DNA of 64,000 nucleotides from Candidatus Sungiibacteriota bacterium (lineage in GTDB: Bacteria > Patescibacteriota > Minisyncoccia > Sungbacterales > HO2-52-23). Positions 29,327 through 39,355 of the stretch are shown here, piece after piece. The position numbers were made by a program, and so were the translations under genes. A model generated the notes under the pieces. It had not been told where the DNA came from and searched no databases. It saw nothing but the letters and a program-made list of their open reading frames with translations. Location: the NCBI GenBank assembly GCA_016432465.1, contig CP066690.1:850724-914723 (forward strand). Reading direction: 5' to 3'. Every line of letters starts with the position of its first letter. The stretch's first letter is position 1.

Positions 29327-30556
29327 ATGAGCCAATTTGATTGGAAAAAATACATCAAAGTCTATAACGTACTTATCGCGGTCGTGATACTTGGACTGGC
29401 TTTTGGAGGCGGTGTTTATTATGGCTACCAAAATCGGCCGGCGGTTGAGAAGGTATTAAATGTGGTTGGACAAACTCCGCCGCCGCAGTTTCAGGATGTA
29501 GATTTTAACCTTTTTTGGGACGTCTGGTCGCGCCTTGAGGATAAGTTTGTAGATCGGGCAAAGATTAACCGTCAAGATTTAGTTTATGGCGCTATCTCTG
29601 GACTGGTAAAAGCGTTAAAGGATCCGCACAGCGAATTTTTGCCTCCGGCCCAAACCAAACAATTCCAGGAAGATATTAAAGGATCTTTTGACGGCATTGG
29701 AGCAGAAATTGGCATTAGGAAGAGTGTTCTTACTGTTGTTGCGCCCCTTAAAGGAATGCCGGCAGAAAAAGCCGGACTCAGGGCCGCAGACAAGATTTTG
29801 AAAATTGACGACACCCTCACTGCAGACTTGACTTTGGATGAAGCTGTGCGTTTGATTCGCGGCCCCAAGGGCACGGAGGTAAAACTTCTTATTTTGAGGG
29901 ATTCTTTTGAGCAACCTAAAGAGTTTAAAATTACCCGCGACACTATCCGGGTGCAGATTGTTGAGACCGAAAGAAAACCAGACGGGATATTTGTTATTAA
30001 GTTGAATCATTTTACCGAGGGGGCGGCGTTTGAGTTCAGAAAAGCAGTAAAAGAATTTTACGAGACAGATTCTAAAAAGTTAGTTCTGGATCTTCGTAAC
30101 AACCCCGGGGGTTTTCTGGCGGTGTCCATAGACATCGCCAGCTGGTTTGTACCGGCTGGAGAAGTCGTGGCGCGGGAAAGATTTGCCGATGGATCAGAAG
30201 AAATTTATCGCTCTACCGGCTATCGTTTATTTGAGAAGGTGCCGATGGCGGTTTTGGTAAATGAGGGTTCGGCTTCAGCTTCGGAAATTGTAGCCGGGGC
30301 AGTGCGTGATATTCGCGGAGTAAAATTGGTGGGCACTAAAACTTTTGGAAAGGGGTCAGTGCAGGAAATATTATCACTTCCCGGCAAATCTTCTTTAAAA
30401 ATCACTATTGCTAAGTGGTTGACACCAAAAGGCGAGGAAATAAACGGTACGGGGCTGGAGCCTGATATCAAGGTGGAGCTGCCCAAGGATCGGGAGTTGA
30501 AAGAAGGCGAGGATCCGATAATGGAGAAGGGGATTGAGGTATTGAAAGGGTTATAA
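29327..30556 (+). CDS. ctpA: C-terminal processing protease, S41A family with PDZ domain
   Basis: DLRNNPGG, SASASEI and TFGKGSVQ. Confidence 0.95.
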   Translation: MSQFDWKKYIKVYNVLIAVVILGLAFGGGVYYGYQNRPAVEKVLNVVGQTPPPQFQDVDFNLFWDVWSRLEDKFVDRAKINRQDLVYGAISGLVKALKDPHSEFLPPAQTKQFQEDIKGSFDGIGAEIGIRKSVLTVVAPLKGMPAEKAGLRAADKILKIDDTLTADLTLDEAVRLIRGPKGTEVKLLILRDSFEQPKEFKITRDTIRVQIVETERKPDGIFVIKLNHFTEGAAFEFRKAVKEFYETDSKKLVLDLRNNPGGFLAVSIDIASWFVPAGEVVARERFADGSEEIYRSTGYRLFEKVPMAVLVNEGSASASEIVAGAVRDIRGVKLVGTKTFGKGSVQEILSLPGKSSLKITIAKWLTPKGEEINGTGLEPDIKVELPKDRELKEGEDPIMEKGIEVLKGL

Positions 30557-30587
30557 AAACCAGGTATCGCGTGCGATACCTGATCAG

Positions 30588-30718
30588 TTTATCCCCGCAC
30601 CTTCCCAGAAAACCACGTAGCTTGGGAAGTCAGACTTCCCTTGCTGCGGGGACGAAGGGACGTCATAAAAATCCTTCCTGCGGGATTTAGTGCCTCGTAG
30701 AAGGGTGTGGGGATTTAT
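30588..30718 (+). mobile_element. Degenerate MITE family A copy with the 19-bp sub-insert
   Basis: TTTATCCCCGCACCTTCCCAG...GGGATTTAT; internal GGAAGTCAGACTTCC. Confidence 0.75.
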
Positions 30719-31110
30719 TTATCGCTCGGCCTGCAACCACTTTCTTGAAGGAATTCTTTGTATCCTTGGGCAATTCCTTTTGAAATTGCTTCCAGAACTT
30801 TGCTATCCCGTCTGTGATGAGGAGTATCTGGTACTGCCTCCTTCAAAAAGGTTTTTAAACCCTCTGTTAGCCCTCTTTGAATGGTAAAGCTAACAGCTGA
30901 ACCAAACGGCACAGTCCAGTAACGTCCACTGAATGCCTCACTAAACAATCCAGAAAGAGCCTCTCTGGTACCAGCTTCTATCGCTTTCTCAACAGTCTCT
31001 ATAAACCATATACGGTTGTCCCGATCCGCGCTATGGCGAGGAGCTTGATTCAAAAATTCAACAAGTCCCTGTGCTATACCGGCAACGATTTCTTCCCGGG
31101 TTGGTTCCAT
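30715..31110 (-). CDS. Hypothetical protein with internal helical repeats (IAQGL/IAQGY)
   Basis: GGAGGAG SD; 131 aa. Confidence 0.55.
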   Translation of the reverse strand: MEPTREEIVAGIAQGLVEFLNQAPRHSADRDNRIWFIETVEKAIEAGTREALSGLFSEAFSGRYWTVPFGSAVSFTIQRGLTEGLKTFLKEAVPDTPHHRRDSKVLEAISKGIAQGYKEFLQESGCRPSDK

Positions 31111-31163
31111 AACTCTTCTCCTCCGTAGGATTGAAGCCCGGAGTAATTATAACATAGATTATT

Positions 31164-32138
31164 TTACTCAGCAAGTTTTATTTTTCCCCTGCGTACTTGT
31201 TGTTCAATCCAGAGGGAAATATTTTTATGAGGGAGAAGAGCCGCTGGAATTATAGTGCATTTGCAATCGGCCAAAAATTCTTTGATGGCCACCTCTCTGC
31301 CATCGGATGCAAGTAAATAGGGGACCACAATAACCCCCCTTCCCGCTTTTTGTTCTTGCCGTATGCTGTCTCTGATTTTATCTATTGCCTGATTGCGGAT
31401 AAAATCAGGCGCGTCATCGCGAAAAGTATGGTAGAGCACCTGTAGGTTTTTGAATTTGCTCCGCATTCTTTCGGCGTAGAGCTGAAGATCCTGCAGCCAG
31501 AGTTTATTATCTGTTTCCGAAACAGGGCCATGCGCAAGAAGCACAATACTTATATTTTCTTTATTAGAGATTGAGGCGACACGTTCTTCCAATATTGATG
31601 CAATAAGGGGATGATAGTTGATCGGGCTGGCAATGACATGGGGGACTGAAAATTCTACGCGTCTCACAATATCCATCAGCGGCTCCGTATGATCCGCATG
31701 TTCGGACGGCATTGGGTTTGAATGTTTTTTGCCGTGTTCAATCAGAAGCCCAAAAAGAATATCTGGTTCCTCCCGTATTCCAAGCACATATTCCAGTTGC
31801 CGATAAAGTTCGCTGTGAGAGGAGAGGAAAAGCGGGACCACAACAATTTTATTTACACCCTCTTTTTGAAGCGACACGATTTCTTGTTGGATTACATCAG
31901 GATCAGCCATTCCAAAAACAACCTGGCGTTTGAAATTACCCCGAGCTGCGGAAAGAGCCTTCAGCAACTCTTTATTCCAATTTTGGTTTCCACCATGTGC
32001 AAGCATCAGCACTCCAAGTTTTGGGTCATTGATTTCTTCCTGTGGTTTTACACAACCTGACAGTAAGGTTAGTATAAGTAAAGTAAAAACAAGGAGACCG
32101 CCTATACTACTAGTTGCTGCAATTTTGTATTTGCCCAT
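31164..32138 (-). CDS. CbiX/SirB-like class II chelatase with lipoprotein signal
   Basis: Two MLAHG/LLAHG motifs, VVPLFL, His-rich insert, lipobox LSGC. Confidence 0.75.
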   Translation of the reverse strand: MGKYKIAATSSIGGLLVFTLLILTLLSGCVKPQEEINDPKLGVLMLAHGGNQNWNKELLKALSAARGNFKRQVVFGMADPDVIQQEIVSLQKEGVNKIVVVPLFLSSHSELYRQLEYVLGIREEPDILFGLLIEHGKKHSNPMPSEHADHTEPLMDIVRRVEFSVPHVIASPINYHPLIASILEERVASISNKENISIVLLAHGPVSETDNKLWLQDLQLYAERMRSKFKNLQVLYHTFRDDAPDFIRNQAIDKIRDSIRQEQKAGRGVIVVPYLLASDGREVAIKEFLADCKCTIIPAALLPHKNISLWIEQQVRRGKIKLAE

Positions 32139-32176
32139 CGCCCAGCCTTATTTTTAGGTACCATCAAGACTATACA

Positions 32177-32332
32177 ATAAATCCCCCCACCTTCCCAGCG
32201 GGGTATTGGACCCTGCGGGAAGGATTTCTACGGCGCCCATTCATCTCCGCAGTCCAGCCTTCGCAGTGTGAGCTGGCTGCTTCGGCGGAGTGGACCAAGC
32301 TGCGGGGTATTCTCGGAAGGTGGGGGGATAAA
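32177..32332 (-). mobile_element. MITE family A copy, inverted, with an extra nested hairpin
   Basis: ATAAATCCCCCCACCTTCCCAGCGGGG...GGAAGGTGGGGGGATAAA. Confidence 0.85.
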
Positions 32333-32510
32333 ACAGGTGAAAATAAAAATCAGAGGTTTGGTTCAGAGAATCTTTTGTTGAGAGTGAGTAAGAAAATTTG
32401 CAAAAATTAGTGGAATGGTGTAGAAAGGGGACTGAATGGTCGAGTGTTAAATAAATTGAAACAGAGTGGAAAGAAGCCAGCGGAGAATTTTCTGTCTTTG
32501 AAATTAAATC

Positions 32511-33086
32511 ATGAAAACCATTATTCTTGCCTCGACGTCTTTGCGCAGAAAAGAGTTTCTGGAAAAATTGGGCCTGAAGTTTAAAGTGGTAGAAAGCGGC
32601 TATAAGGAAAATATGAATTTACCGCTTTCGCCACCAAGTCTGGCAAGATTTTTATCTAAAGAAAAAGCGCGGGCCGTTATTAAAAGATTCCCGCAATCAC
32701 TGGTGATTGCGGCTGATACAGTCGTGGTTTGTCGGGGCCAGATAATAGGCAAGCCGCGGACCAAAAAAGAAGCCGTACGGATGCTGCGACTTTTGAGTGG
32801 AAGGTATAACTTCGTGTTTACCGGATTTACCGTGATAGATGGCGCTAAGCAGAAAACCGTCACACGTGTAGTTAAGACAAAGGTGTATTTTAGGAAACTT
32901 GCTCCCAGCGAAATCAAAGCTTACGTGCGTTCTGGAGAACCGTTTGGCAAGGCGGGCGCGTATGCCATTCAGGGACTGGGCGCCATTTTTATTAAAAAAA
33001 TAGAAGGAGACTACTCTAATGTTGTTGGTCTACCGCTTCATGTCTTATCTGCGGTGCTTAAGAAATTTAACGTTTCAATTTTATGA
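32511..33086 (+). CDS. maf: Maf family nucleoside triphosphate pyrophosphatase
   Basis: ILASTSLRR, AADTVV, KAGAYAIQG and NVVGLP. Confidence 0.95.
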   Translation: MKTIILASTSLRRKEFLEKLGLKFKVVESGYKENMNLPLSPPSLARFLSKEKARAVIKRFPQSLVIAADTVVVCRGQIIGKPRTKKEAVRMLRLLSGRYNFVFTGFTVIDGAKQKTVTRVVKTKVYFRKLAPSEIKAYVRSGEPFGKAGAYAIQGLGAIFIKKIEGDYSNVVGLPLHVLSAVLKKFNVSIL

Positions 33087-33526
33087 AAGTATTGCTTCTA
33101 CAAGATATCACGACTTTGGGTAAAAAAAATGACGTGAAAGACGTGAGCGATGGTTACGCTCGCAATTTTTTATTCCCCAGAAATCTGGCTAAGCCAGCAA
33201 CCGAGGCGGCGCTTAAGAACCTTGTCCAGCAAAAAGTCCGGGAAGAGCACGAAAAATCCGAGGAATATCAGAAATATAAAGCACTTGTGGATAAACTTAA
33301 GTCGCTCACTCTTTCTTTCAGGGTTAGGATAGGAGAGAAAGGAAGAGCGTATGGCTCTGTTACAGCAGTAAAAATTCGTGATGCGTTGAAAAAGCAGGGG
33401 ATTGAAGTTAATAAGGAGTGGGTTTTATTAGAGGAGCCGATTAAAACTGCAGAAGAGAAAGTAGTTAGAATAAAACTTCCGCAAGAGTTCAAAGGAGGGG
33501 TTAAAATAATAGTAGAAGCTGAATAA
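33083..33526 (+). CDS. rplI: 50S ribosomal protein L9
   Basis: MKVLLLQD...GYARNFLFPR...YGSVT. Confidence 0.97.
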   Translation: MKVLLLQDITTLGKKNDVKDVSDGYARNFLFPRNLAKPATEAALKNLVQQKVREEHEKSEEYQKYKALVDKLKSLTLSFRVRIGEKGRAYGSVTAVKIRDALKKQGIEVNKEWVLLEEPIKTAEEKVVRIKLPQEFKGGVKIIVEAE

Positions 33527-33529
33527 AAA

Positions 33530-35185
33530 ATGGCGCGTTATATATTTGTATGCGGCGGGGTAATGTCAGGTATTGGAAAGGGAATAGCGGTTGCCTCTAT
33601 AGGCCGCATTCTCAAAAGCCGTGGTTTTCGCGTCACTGCCGTTAAAATTGATCCTTATTTAAATGTAGATGCCGGCACTATGAACCCCGTAGAACACGGG
33701 GAAGTTTTTGTAACCGAAGACGGCATGGAATGTGATCAGGACATCGGCAATTACGAGCGGTTTCTTGATGAAAATATTTCCCGCGAAAACTATATGACTT
33801 CCGGTTCGGTTTATCAGGCCGTGATTGAACGTGAAAGAAATCTTGAGTACGGAGGCAAATGTGTGCAGGTTGTGCCCCACATTCCGCATGAGGTAATACG
33901 GCGTCTGGAGCGCGCCGCCAAAAAAGCAAGGGCCGATTTTACGGTAATTGAAATCGGCGGAACAGTAGGAGAGTATGAAAACATTCTTTTTTTGGAAGCG
34001 GCGCGGATGATGCACCTTTCGCGGCCCCAAGATGTTCTTTTTGTTTTGGTATCTTACCTTCCGATACCGGCAATGATTGGCGAGATGAAGACCAAGCCCA
34101 CCCAACACGCGGTGCGTGCCATGAATGCCGCAGGAATTCAGCCGGATATTATTATTGCGCGTTCCGTTGTGCCTATGGATGATCCGCGAAAAAAGAAGCT
34201 GGCTGTATTTTGTAACGTAAGTGAGGAGGATATTATTTCCGCGCCCGACGTTAAAGTTATCTATGATGTGCCGGTAAATTTTGAAAAAGACCACCTAGGC
34301 GACAGAATTTTAGACAAATTCAGTCTTAAAGCACGTAGGCGCGACCTTGGTGAATGGAAAAATTTTATTCAACGCACTCACAGATTTAGAAAGCCGGTGC
34401 GAATTGGCATTGTGGGTAAATACTTTGGCACCGGAGTTTTTACTCTTGCCGATTCGTATATTTCGGTGATTGAGGCTATAAAACACGCAAGTTGGAGTTT
34501 AGGATTTGCTCCCGAAATATCTTGGCTTAATGCCGAGACCTATGAAAAAAACCGGCGCGCTCTTAGTGAACTTAAATCCTATGGAGGAATTATTGTGCCG
34601 GGCGGATTTGGAAGCAGGGGAGTGGAGGGCAAGATTAAAACTATAGAGTTTTGTCGTAAAAATAAAATCCCATTTTTGGGACTCTGTTACGGCCTCCAGC
34701 TTGCGGTAATTGAGTTTGCGCGCAACGTCTGCAAACTGCGCGGGGCGCATACCACCGAAGTAAACCCAAAAACCAAATATCCGGTAATCCACACCCTACC
34801 GGAACAATTGGTAAATATTCGCGAAAAAAGAATGGGTGGATCAATGAGGTTGGGTGCCTACACCTGTGAGTTGAAGCCGGGCACAATGGGATTTGACGCA
34901 TATGCAACTAAGTTGATTACGGAGCGGCACCGTCACCGCTACGAGGTAAATAACGACCATCGTGAGATTTTGGAAAAGAGGGGAATGGTATTTTCCGGTA
35001 TTAATCCGGAACGGAATCTGGTTGAAATTATTGAATTGTCCGCCAAAGGCGGATCCGCCTCGGGCGGAAAAAATCACCCCTTTTTTATGGGTACCCAGTT
35101 TCATCCCGAGTTTAAATCCCGGCCCCTGAAACCACACCCGCTGTTTAAGGGGTTTATACGGGCCGCGACAAAAACGAGAGTGTAA
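33530..35185 (+). CDS. pyrG: CTP synthase
   Basis: GGVMSGIGKG, KTKPTQH, GLCYGLQ, ERHRHRYE and QFHPE. Confidence 0.98.
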   Translation: MARYIFVCGGVMSGIGKGIAVASIGRILKSRGFRVTAVKIDPYLNVDAGTMNPVEHGEVFVTEDGMECDQDIGNYERFLDENISRENYMTSGSVYQAVIERERNLEYGGKCVQVVPHIPHEVIRRLERAAKKARADFTVIEIGGTVGEYENILFLEAARMMHLSRPQDVLFVLVSYLPIPAMIGEMKTKPTQHAVRAMNAAGIQPDIIIARSVVPMDDPRKKKLAVFCNVSEEDIISAPDVKVIYDVPVNFEKDHLGDRILDKFSLKARRRDLGEWKNFIQRTHRFRKPVRIGIVGKYFGTGVFTLADSYISVIEAIKHASWSLGFAPEISWLNAETYEKNRRALSELKSYGGIIVPGGFGSRGVEGKIKTIEFCRKNKIPFLGLCYGLQLAVIEFARNVCKLRGAHTTEVNPKTKYPVIHTLPEQLVNIREKRMGGSMRLGAYTCELKPGTMGFDAYATKLITERHRHRYEVNNDHREILEKRGMVFSGINPERNLVEIIELSAKGGSASGGKNHPFFMGTQFHPEFKSRPLKPHPLFKGFIRAATKTRV

Positions 35186-35194
35186 GAGCGCTTT

Positions 35195-35473
35195 TTAGGA
35201 TCCGGTTACAGTTACGACCTTGATACGTTTTTGAGACCCGTCAAAGCGGGTTTTTCTTTTTTCCAAGAATTTGACAATTCCTTTCCGGAGTGCAAATAAT
35301 GTATCATCTCCACCTCGTTTTACACCTTCACCCGCATAGAATTTTGTGCCTCTTTGCCGGATTAAAATAGCCCCGGGTTTTACCCGTTCTCCACCGTATT
35401 TTTTAACTCCTAAGTATTTGGGTTGGGAATCGCGGCCAAATTTGCCGGCTCCCGCGGATTTGGTATGTGCCAT
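35195..35473 (-). CDS. rpmA: 50S ribosomal protein L27
   Basis: MAHTK...[12 protein letters not shown]...RQRGTK. Confidence 0.97.
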   Translation of the reverse strand: MAHTKSAGAGKFGRDSQPKYLGVKKYGGERVKPGAILIRQRGTKFYAGEGVKRGGDDTLFALRKGIVKFLEKRKTRFDGSQKRIKVVTVTGS

Positions 35474-35474
35474 A

Positions 35475-35585
35475 TTGGTTTTAAGTTCTAGGTTGTAAGT
35501 TTAAGTTTTAAGTTGGTAGTTAAAGTTTTTACTTGAACATTAAACCTTAAACACAAACTTAGAACTTACAACCCCAAACTAAAAA
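35475..35585. repeat. Degenerate 7-mer tandem repeats arranged as an inverted pair
   Basis: TAAGTTT-like units followed by AAACTTA-like units. Confidence 0.6.
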
Positions 35586-35586
35586 C

Positions 35587-35979
35587 ATGTTATCAAAGTA
35601 TATTTTAAAAGTCAAGAACTGGGTAGAGGTAAACACGTCCGACCTCTACGTCGCTGCCCTGATTTTTCTCGTGAGCTTGGCGAGCTTCGGTTTGGGCCGC
35701 CTTTCGGTTTTGTGGCCGCAAAAAGAACCCATTACAATAACCAATAACTACGAACCAGTAGTTAGTAAACCGACTGGCGCCGGCGCATCCCAAGGAGTTG
35801 CTTCTACAGGTCTTTCCGTAAAAGGAAAATATGTTGCCTCCAAATCCGGCACCGCTTACCACTACCCGTGGTGTCCCGGAGCATTAAAAATCAAAGAAGA
35901 AAACAAAATTTGGTTTGACACCAAAGAAGAAGCGGAAAAAGCGGGGTATAAGCCGGCAGGAAATTGCGAAGGGCTATGA
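35587..35979 (+). CDS. Membrane-anchored protein with Ada-type metal-binding domain
   Basis: YVASKSGTAYHYPWC...EAEKAGYKPAGNC. Confidence 0.8.
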   Translation: MLSKYILKVKNWVEVNTSDLYVAALIFLVSLASFGLGRLSVLWPQKEPITITNNYEPVVSKPTGAGASQGVASTGLSVKGKYVASKSGTAYHYPWCPGALKIKEENKIWFDTKEEAEKAGYKPAGNCEGL

Positions 35980-36041
35980 AAACTTGACAGAAATTGAGAT
36001 TTTTGATATGGGTAAAAATACCCCAAAAAGGAGGGGGTATC

Positions 36042-36257
36042 ATGACTCTGGAGGAACTTAAAAGCGGTCTTCAAGAGATAGTGGAGAAACTGAAAGCAAT
36101 AGGGCAGTTGGTGGGTGGAACACAGGACTTCGAGGGTTTTGAAGAGGAGTTTGAGGAGGGGGTCAGGATTACCGTGACCATCAAAATCGCTCTTTTATTT
36201 GCAGAGTATTTTGGGGTTGACGCAGAAACCTTGGCTAAATTTTTAAACCGGAACTAA
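36042..36257 (+). CDS. Small acidic hypothetical protein
   Basis: TTGACA promoter, AGGAGG SD, terminator spanning the stop codon. Confidence 0.5.
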   Translation: MTLEELKSGLQEIVEKLKAIGQLVGGTQDFEGFEEEFEEGVRITVTIKIALLFAEYFGVDAETLAKFLNRN

Positions 36258-36320
36258 CCCTTCCGGTTTTCTAATTTTCATGCTAAGTATAGAGTGGTAC
36301 CTTTATTTTTGGGAGGAAGG

Positions 36321-37436
36321 ATGCAGGATGTAGACACTATAGGTCTGACTGGTGGTCCTTGTGCCGGAAAAACTACAGGTAAAAACTATGTTGCCGAAAA
36401 ACTTTCCGATTACGGCTATGGTGTAATTATAGTGCCGGAAGCCGCCACCGAACTTTTTATGAGCGGAGTAAGAATTCATGGTCCCTCGGGTGTGGGTGTT
36501 TTTAACTTTCAGAAGCAGATAATTGAACGCCAAATAGAGAACGAAAACAGGTATCGCCACTGGGCAGGCCTTTTACCCAGTCCCAAACGTCTTGTGATTT
36601 GTGACCGTGGTGTTATGGATTGTGGGGCTTATATGGATGCTGGAGAATTTGCGGCCTTGGTTGAGAGTATGGGCTGGAATGTTGCCAGGTTTCTGGCGCG
36701 CTATAAGGGTGTTTTCCATCTTGTTACGGCGGCAGACGGCGCCGAGGCTTTTTATACCACCGTCAATAATCCGGCCCGTAGAGAAACTCCGGAAGAGGCC
36801 CGGGTTGCAGACCGTCTGACCCAGGAGGTATGGGTTGGCCACCAGCATTTAAGGGTTGTTGATAATTCTACTGATTTTGAAGGCAAAATGCGTCGGCTCC
36901 TTGCTGCTATTTGCCGCGTCATAGGAATACCGGCACCGCTGGAGATAGAACGACGCTTTTTAGTGGAATCACCCAATATTTCCAATATCATAACCTCCGG
37001 CATCAAAGTTGTAGGTGTTTTTATTGAACAGAGGTACCTCAAGAGCGAAACCGATCTGATACGCCGGATTCGCAAGCGCGGGCAGGAAGGCCATTTTGTC
37101 TATTATCAAACTGAAAAGCGCGAAATTAAGCCCGGTGTTCGTGCCGAAACCGAAAAAGAAATAGGGCCTCTGGAATACTTGCGACTTTCTAGGGAAGCAT
37201 GCGATTCAGCGTTTGACGTAATTGAGAAACGCCGCTACTGTTTTTTGTGGAGAGGCCAGTATTTTGAGCTTGATATTTTTGAAAAACCAAAACGACTAGC
37301 GGGCTTAACCATATTAGAGATTGAGCTAACAGAGGAAAATGATAAAATAGATATTCCCCCTTTCTTGAAGGTAATAACGGAGATAACACAGGATACCAGT
37401 TTTTCTAATAGAGAATTGGCGCGAAGGCCAAGTTAA
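36321..37436 (+). CDS. AAA_28 (NadR/Ttd14-like) P-loop kinase fused to a CYTH domain
   Basis: LTGGPCAGKTT and CDRGVMD; CYTH EIERRF...EIE. Confidence 0.85.
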   Translation: MQDVDTIGLTGGPCAGKTTGKNYVAEKLSDYGYGVIIVPEAATELFMSGVRIHGPSGVGVFNFQKQIIERQIENENRYRHWAGLLPSPKRLVICDRGVMDCGAYMDAGEFAALVESMGWNVARFLARYKGVFHLVTAADGAEAFYTTVNNPARRETPEEARVADRLTQEVWVGHQHLRVVDNSTDFEGKMRRLLAAICRVIGIPAPLEIERRFLVESPNISNIITSGIKVVGVFIEQRYLKSETDLIRRIRKRGQEGHFVYYQTEKREIKPGVRAETEKEIGPLEYLRLSREACDSAFDVIEKRRYCFLWRGQYFELDIFEKPKRLAGLTILEIELTEENDKIDIPPFLKVITEITQDTSFSNRELARRPS

Positions 37437-38653
37437 AATTGTTCCACCGGAAGATTGTCTTCCGGTTTTTTGATTTTCTGGTAAGATGCCGTAAGAACCA
37501 CGTATTCTTTGGAAACCGTGCGGCTATTCTCAACCGCAAGCCGTATTTCTTCCGGGATTTCTTTTAGCACGCGGCGAAGTTTTACTTCGTCCGCCTTCAA
37601 GATTTCTCCCCATTTTCCAAGAGGGGAGAGGAGCTCCCGGATTTTTGTCCAATCATAATCATAACGCTGTACAGTTTTTTGAGAGAGTACGCCTTCTTCC
37701 CCAAAGACGCGTGTTAAACCGCTGCTCGCCATGTAGGTTTTGATCTGTTTTTGCAGCTCTTCAATCCGGTTTTCATTTTGTTGAGAGGCCTTTTTCAGCT
37801 CAAAGTACTCTTTTAAAATCGTTTGTATGTTGTCGGTTTTTTGTTGTTTGTTGCGGTAAAGATGCCGCCAAGCCGGACACATAGGTTTATACCCGCACCA
37901 GTCGCAAAGTGGCCCAGGCATTGGTTCAAATTCTTTTCCGGAGCTAAGGCGTCCTTGAATCTCACCTATTGTTTTCAAAATATGATTTTTTGTCTTCTCT
38001 GTAGTTTCAGTCGTAGCTTTGGTGGAGAGTTTTTCGCCGTGTTTTAAGAAATATAGGCTTAGTTTTATATCCTCCGCATTTATATGCGGCCAGCGTTTTT
38101 GCAGCCCCAGAGAATATAATGAAAGTTGCAGGTCGCGGTTAAGCATCTCCTGAGAAGGCATGCGCTTGGAGGTTTTATAGTCAATTATTTCGTACTGACC
38201 GTCGGAGAGTTTATCTACACGGTCTATTTTCCCCGCCAAGATATGGGACTCTCCGGTTTTATTGTCAGCCAGCACTACTTCAAAACGAGATTCAAGATCA
38301 AGCACCATATAGTTCCACGGCGCATTTTTCTCGTAAAATTTTTTGAGCATTCGGACGCCGCTTTCAAAATAAATTTTTTCTTCTTCATCCGACCACGATC
38401 TCTTTAGCGGATCATGTCCTGCCTCTTTTTCAAAAACTTCACGCGCTGGCCAGTGCTCTCGAAAATAGGCCGTCACCTCATCCAGGGTAGGGAAGAGGGG
38501 ATCGCGTGAAAACATAAATTTCAGCGTATCGTGAATGAGCGTGCCAAAAAGCGCTTCCCGCGATTTAGGAACCCGTATCCGGTCAATTTCCTGAAGTTTG
38601 TATTTTTGTGGGCACTGTAGATATGTTTCTATTGCGGAGTAGGAAGTGCGCAT
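37433..38653 (-). CDS. PD-(D/E)XK RecB-like nuclease
   Basis: SYSAIETYLQCP, GKIDRVD...IIDYKT, QLSLY and CDWCGYKPMCP. Confidence 0.9.
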   Translation of the reverse strand: MRTSYSAIETYLQCPQKYKLQEIDRIRVPKSREALFGTLIHDTLKFMFSRDPLFPTLDEVTAYFREHWPAREVFEKEAGHDPLKRSWSDEEEKIYFESGVRMLKKFYEKNAPWNYMVLDLESRFEVVLADNKTGESHILAGKIDRVDKLSDGQYEIIDYKTSKRMPSQEMLNRDLQLSLYSLGLQKRWPHINAEDIKLSLYFLKHGEKLSTKATTETTEKTKNHILKTIGEIQGRLSSGKEFEPMPGPLCDWCGYKPMCPAWRHLYRNKQQKTDNIQTILKEYFELKKASQQNENRIEELQKQIKTYMASSGLTRVFGEEGVLSQKTVQRYDYDWTKIRELLSPLGKWGEILKADEVKLRRVLKEIPEEIRLAVENSRTVSKEYVVLTASYQKIKKPEDNLPVEQF

Positions 38654-38702
38654 GTTATATAAACTATAGCTTGAGAGTTTTTTGAAAACAAGGAGGTTGG
38701 GT

Positions 38703-39299
38703 ATGCGCCACCTTTACTTTGCCACCCAAAGAGAGAGTAAGGTTAATTCGCTTAAACGTGAGCTGGAACGGCTTCCTAATTGGGGAGTTCTTACCATACC
38801 ATTTGATGTGCCTGAGCCTCGCGGTGAGAATGTTAAAGAAATTGCTCTTGCCAAAGTAGGATATGCACAAAAATTTATTACTAAAACAGGCGTAATTGCG
38901 CTTGATGCCGGCTTTTATATTGATGCGCTTGACGGTTTTCCCGGAGCAATGGTTAATCACATACTCAAAAATACGACTTTGGGCGTTGAGGCTTTTCTGA
39001 AACTCATGTGTGGTGTAAAAACACGCAGCTGTCGTTTTACGGAATGTCTTGCTTTTCTTGACCCTAAACTTACCCGCAGGCCCATCTGTTTTGAAGCGGA
39101 GATACCGGGGACTTTGGCCGAAGAGCAAAGAGGGGATTTCCGCCCCGATCAGCACTGGTCCCAGCTGGCCACTATTTTTATTCCCAAAAATGAATCCAAA
39201 ACTCTGGCCGAAATGTCTGAGGCCGAATATGAAAAATGGAGAACAATAAGAGAAAAATCGGCGATGAAACTTTTTGTAGACTGGCTTTCGCAATTTTAA
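38703..39299 (+). CDS. Ham1/RdgB-family non-canonical NTP pyrophosphatase
   Basis: LYFAT, IALAK, DAGFYIDALDGFPG, IFIP and TLAEMS. Confidence 0.85.
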   Translation: MRHLYFATQRESKVNSLKRELERLPNWGVLTIPFDVPEPRGENVKEIALAKVGYAQKFITKTGVIALDAGFYIDALDGFPGAMVNHILKNTTLGVEAFLKLMCGVKTRSCRFTECLAFLDPKLTRRPICFEAEIPGTLAEEQRGDFRPDQHWSQLATIFIPKNESKTLAEMSEAEYEKWRTIREKSAMKLFVDWLSQF

Positions 39300-39355
39300 T
39301 CTTGACTTTGTTGCAACCCCCGTGTTAGAATATAAGTCAGCCTAAGGAAAGGAGC

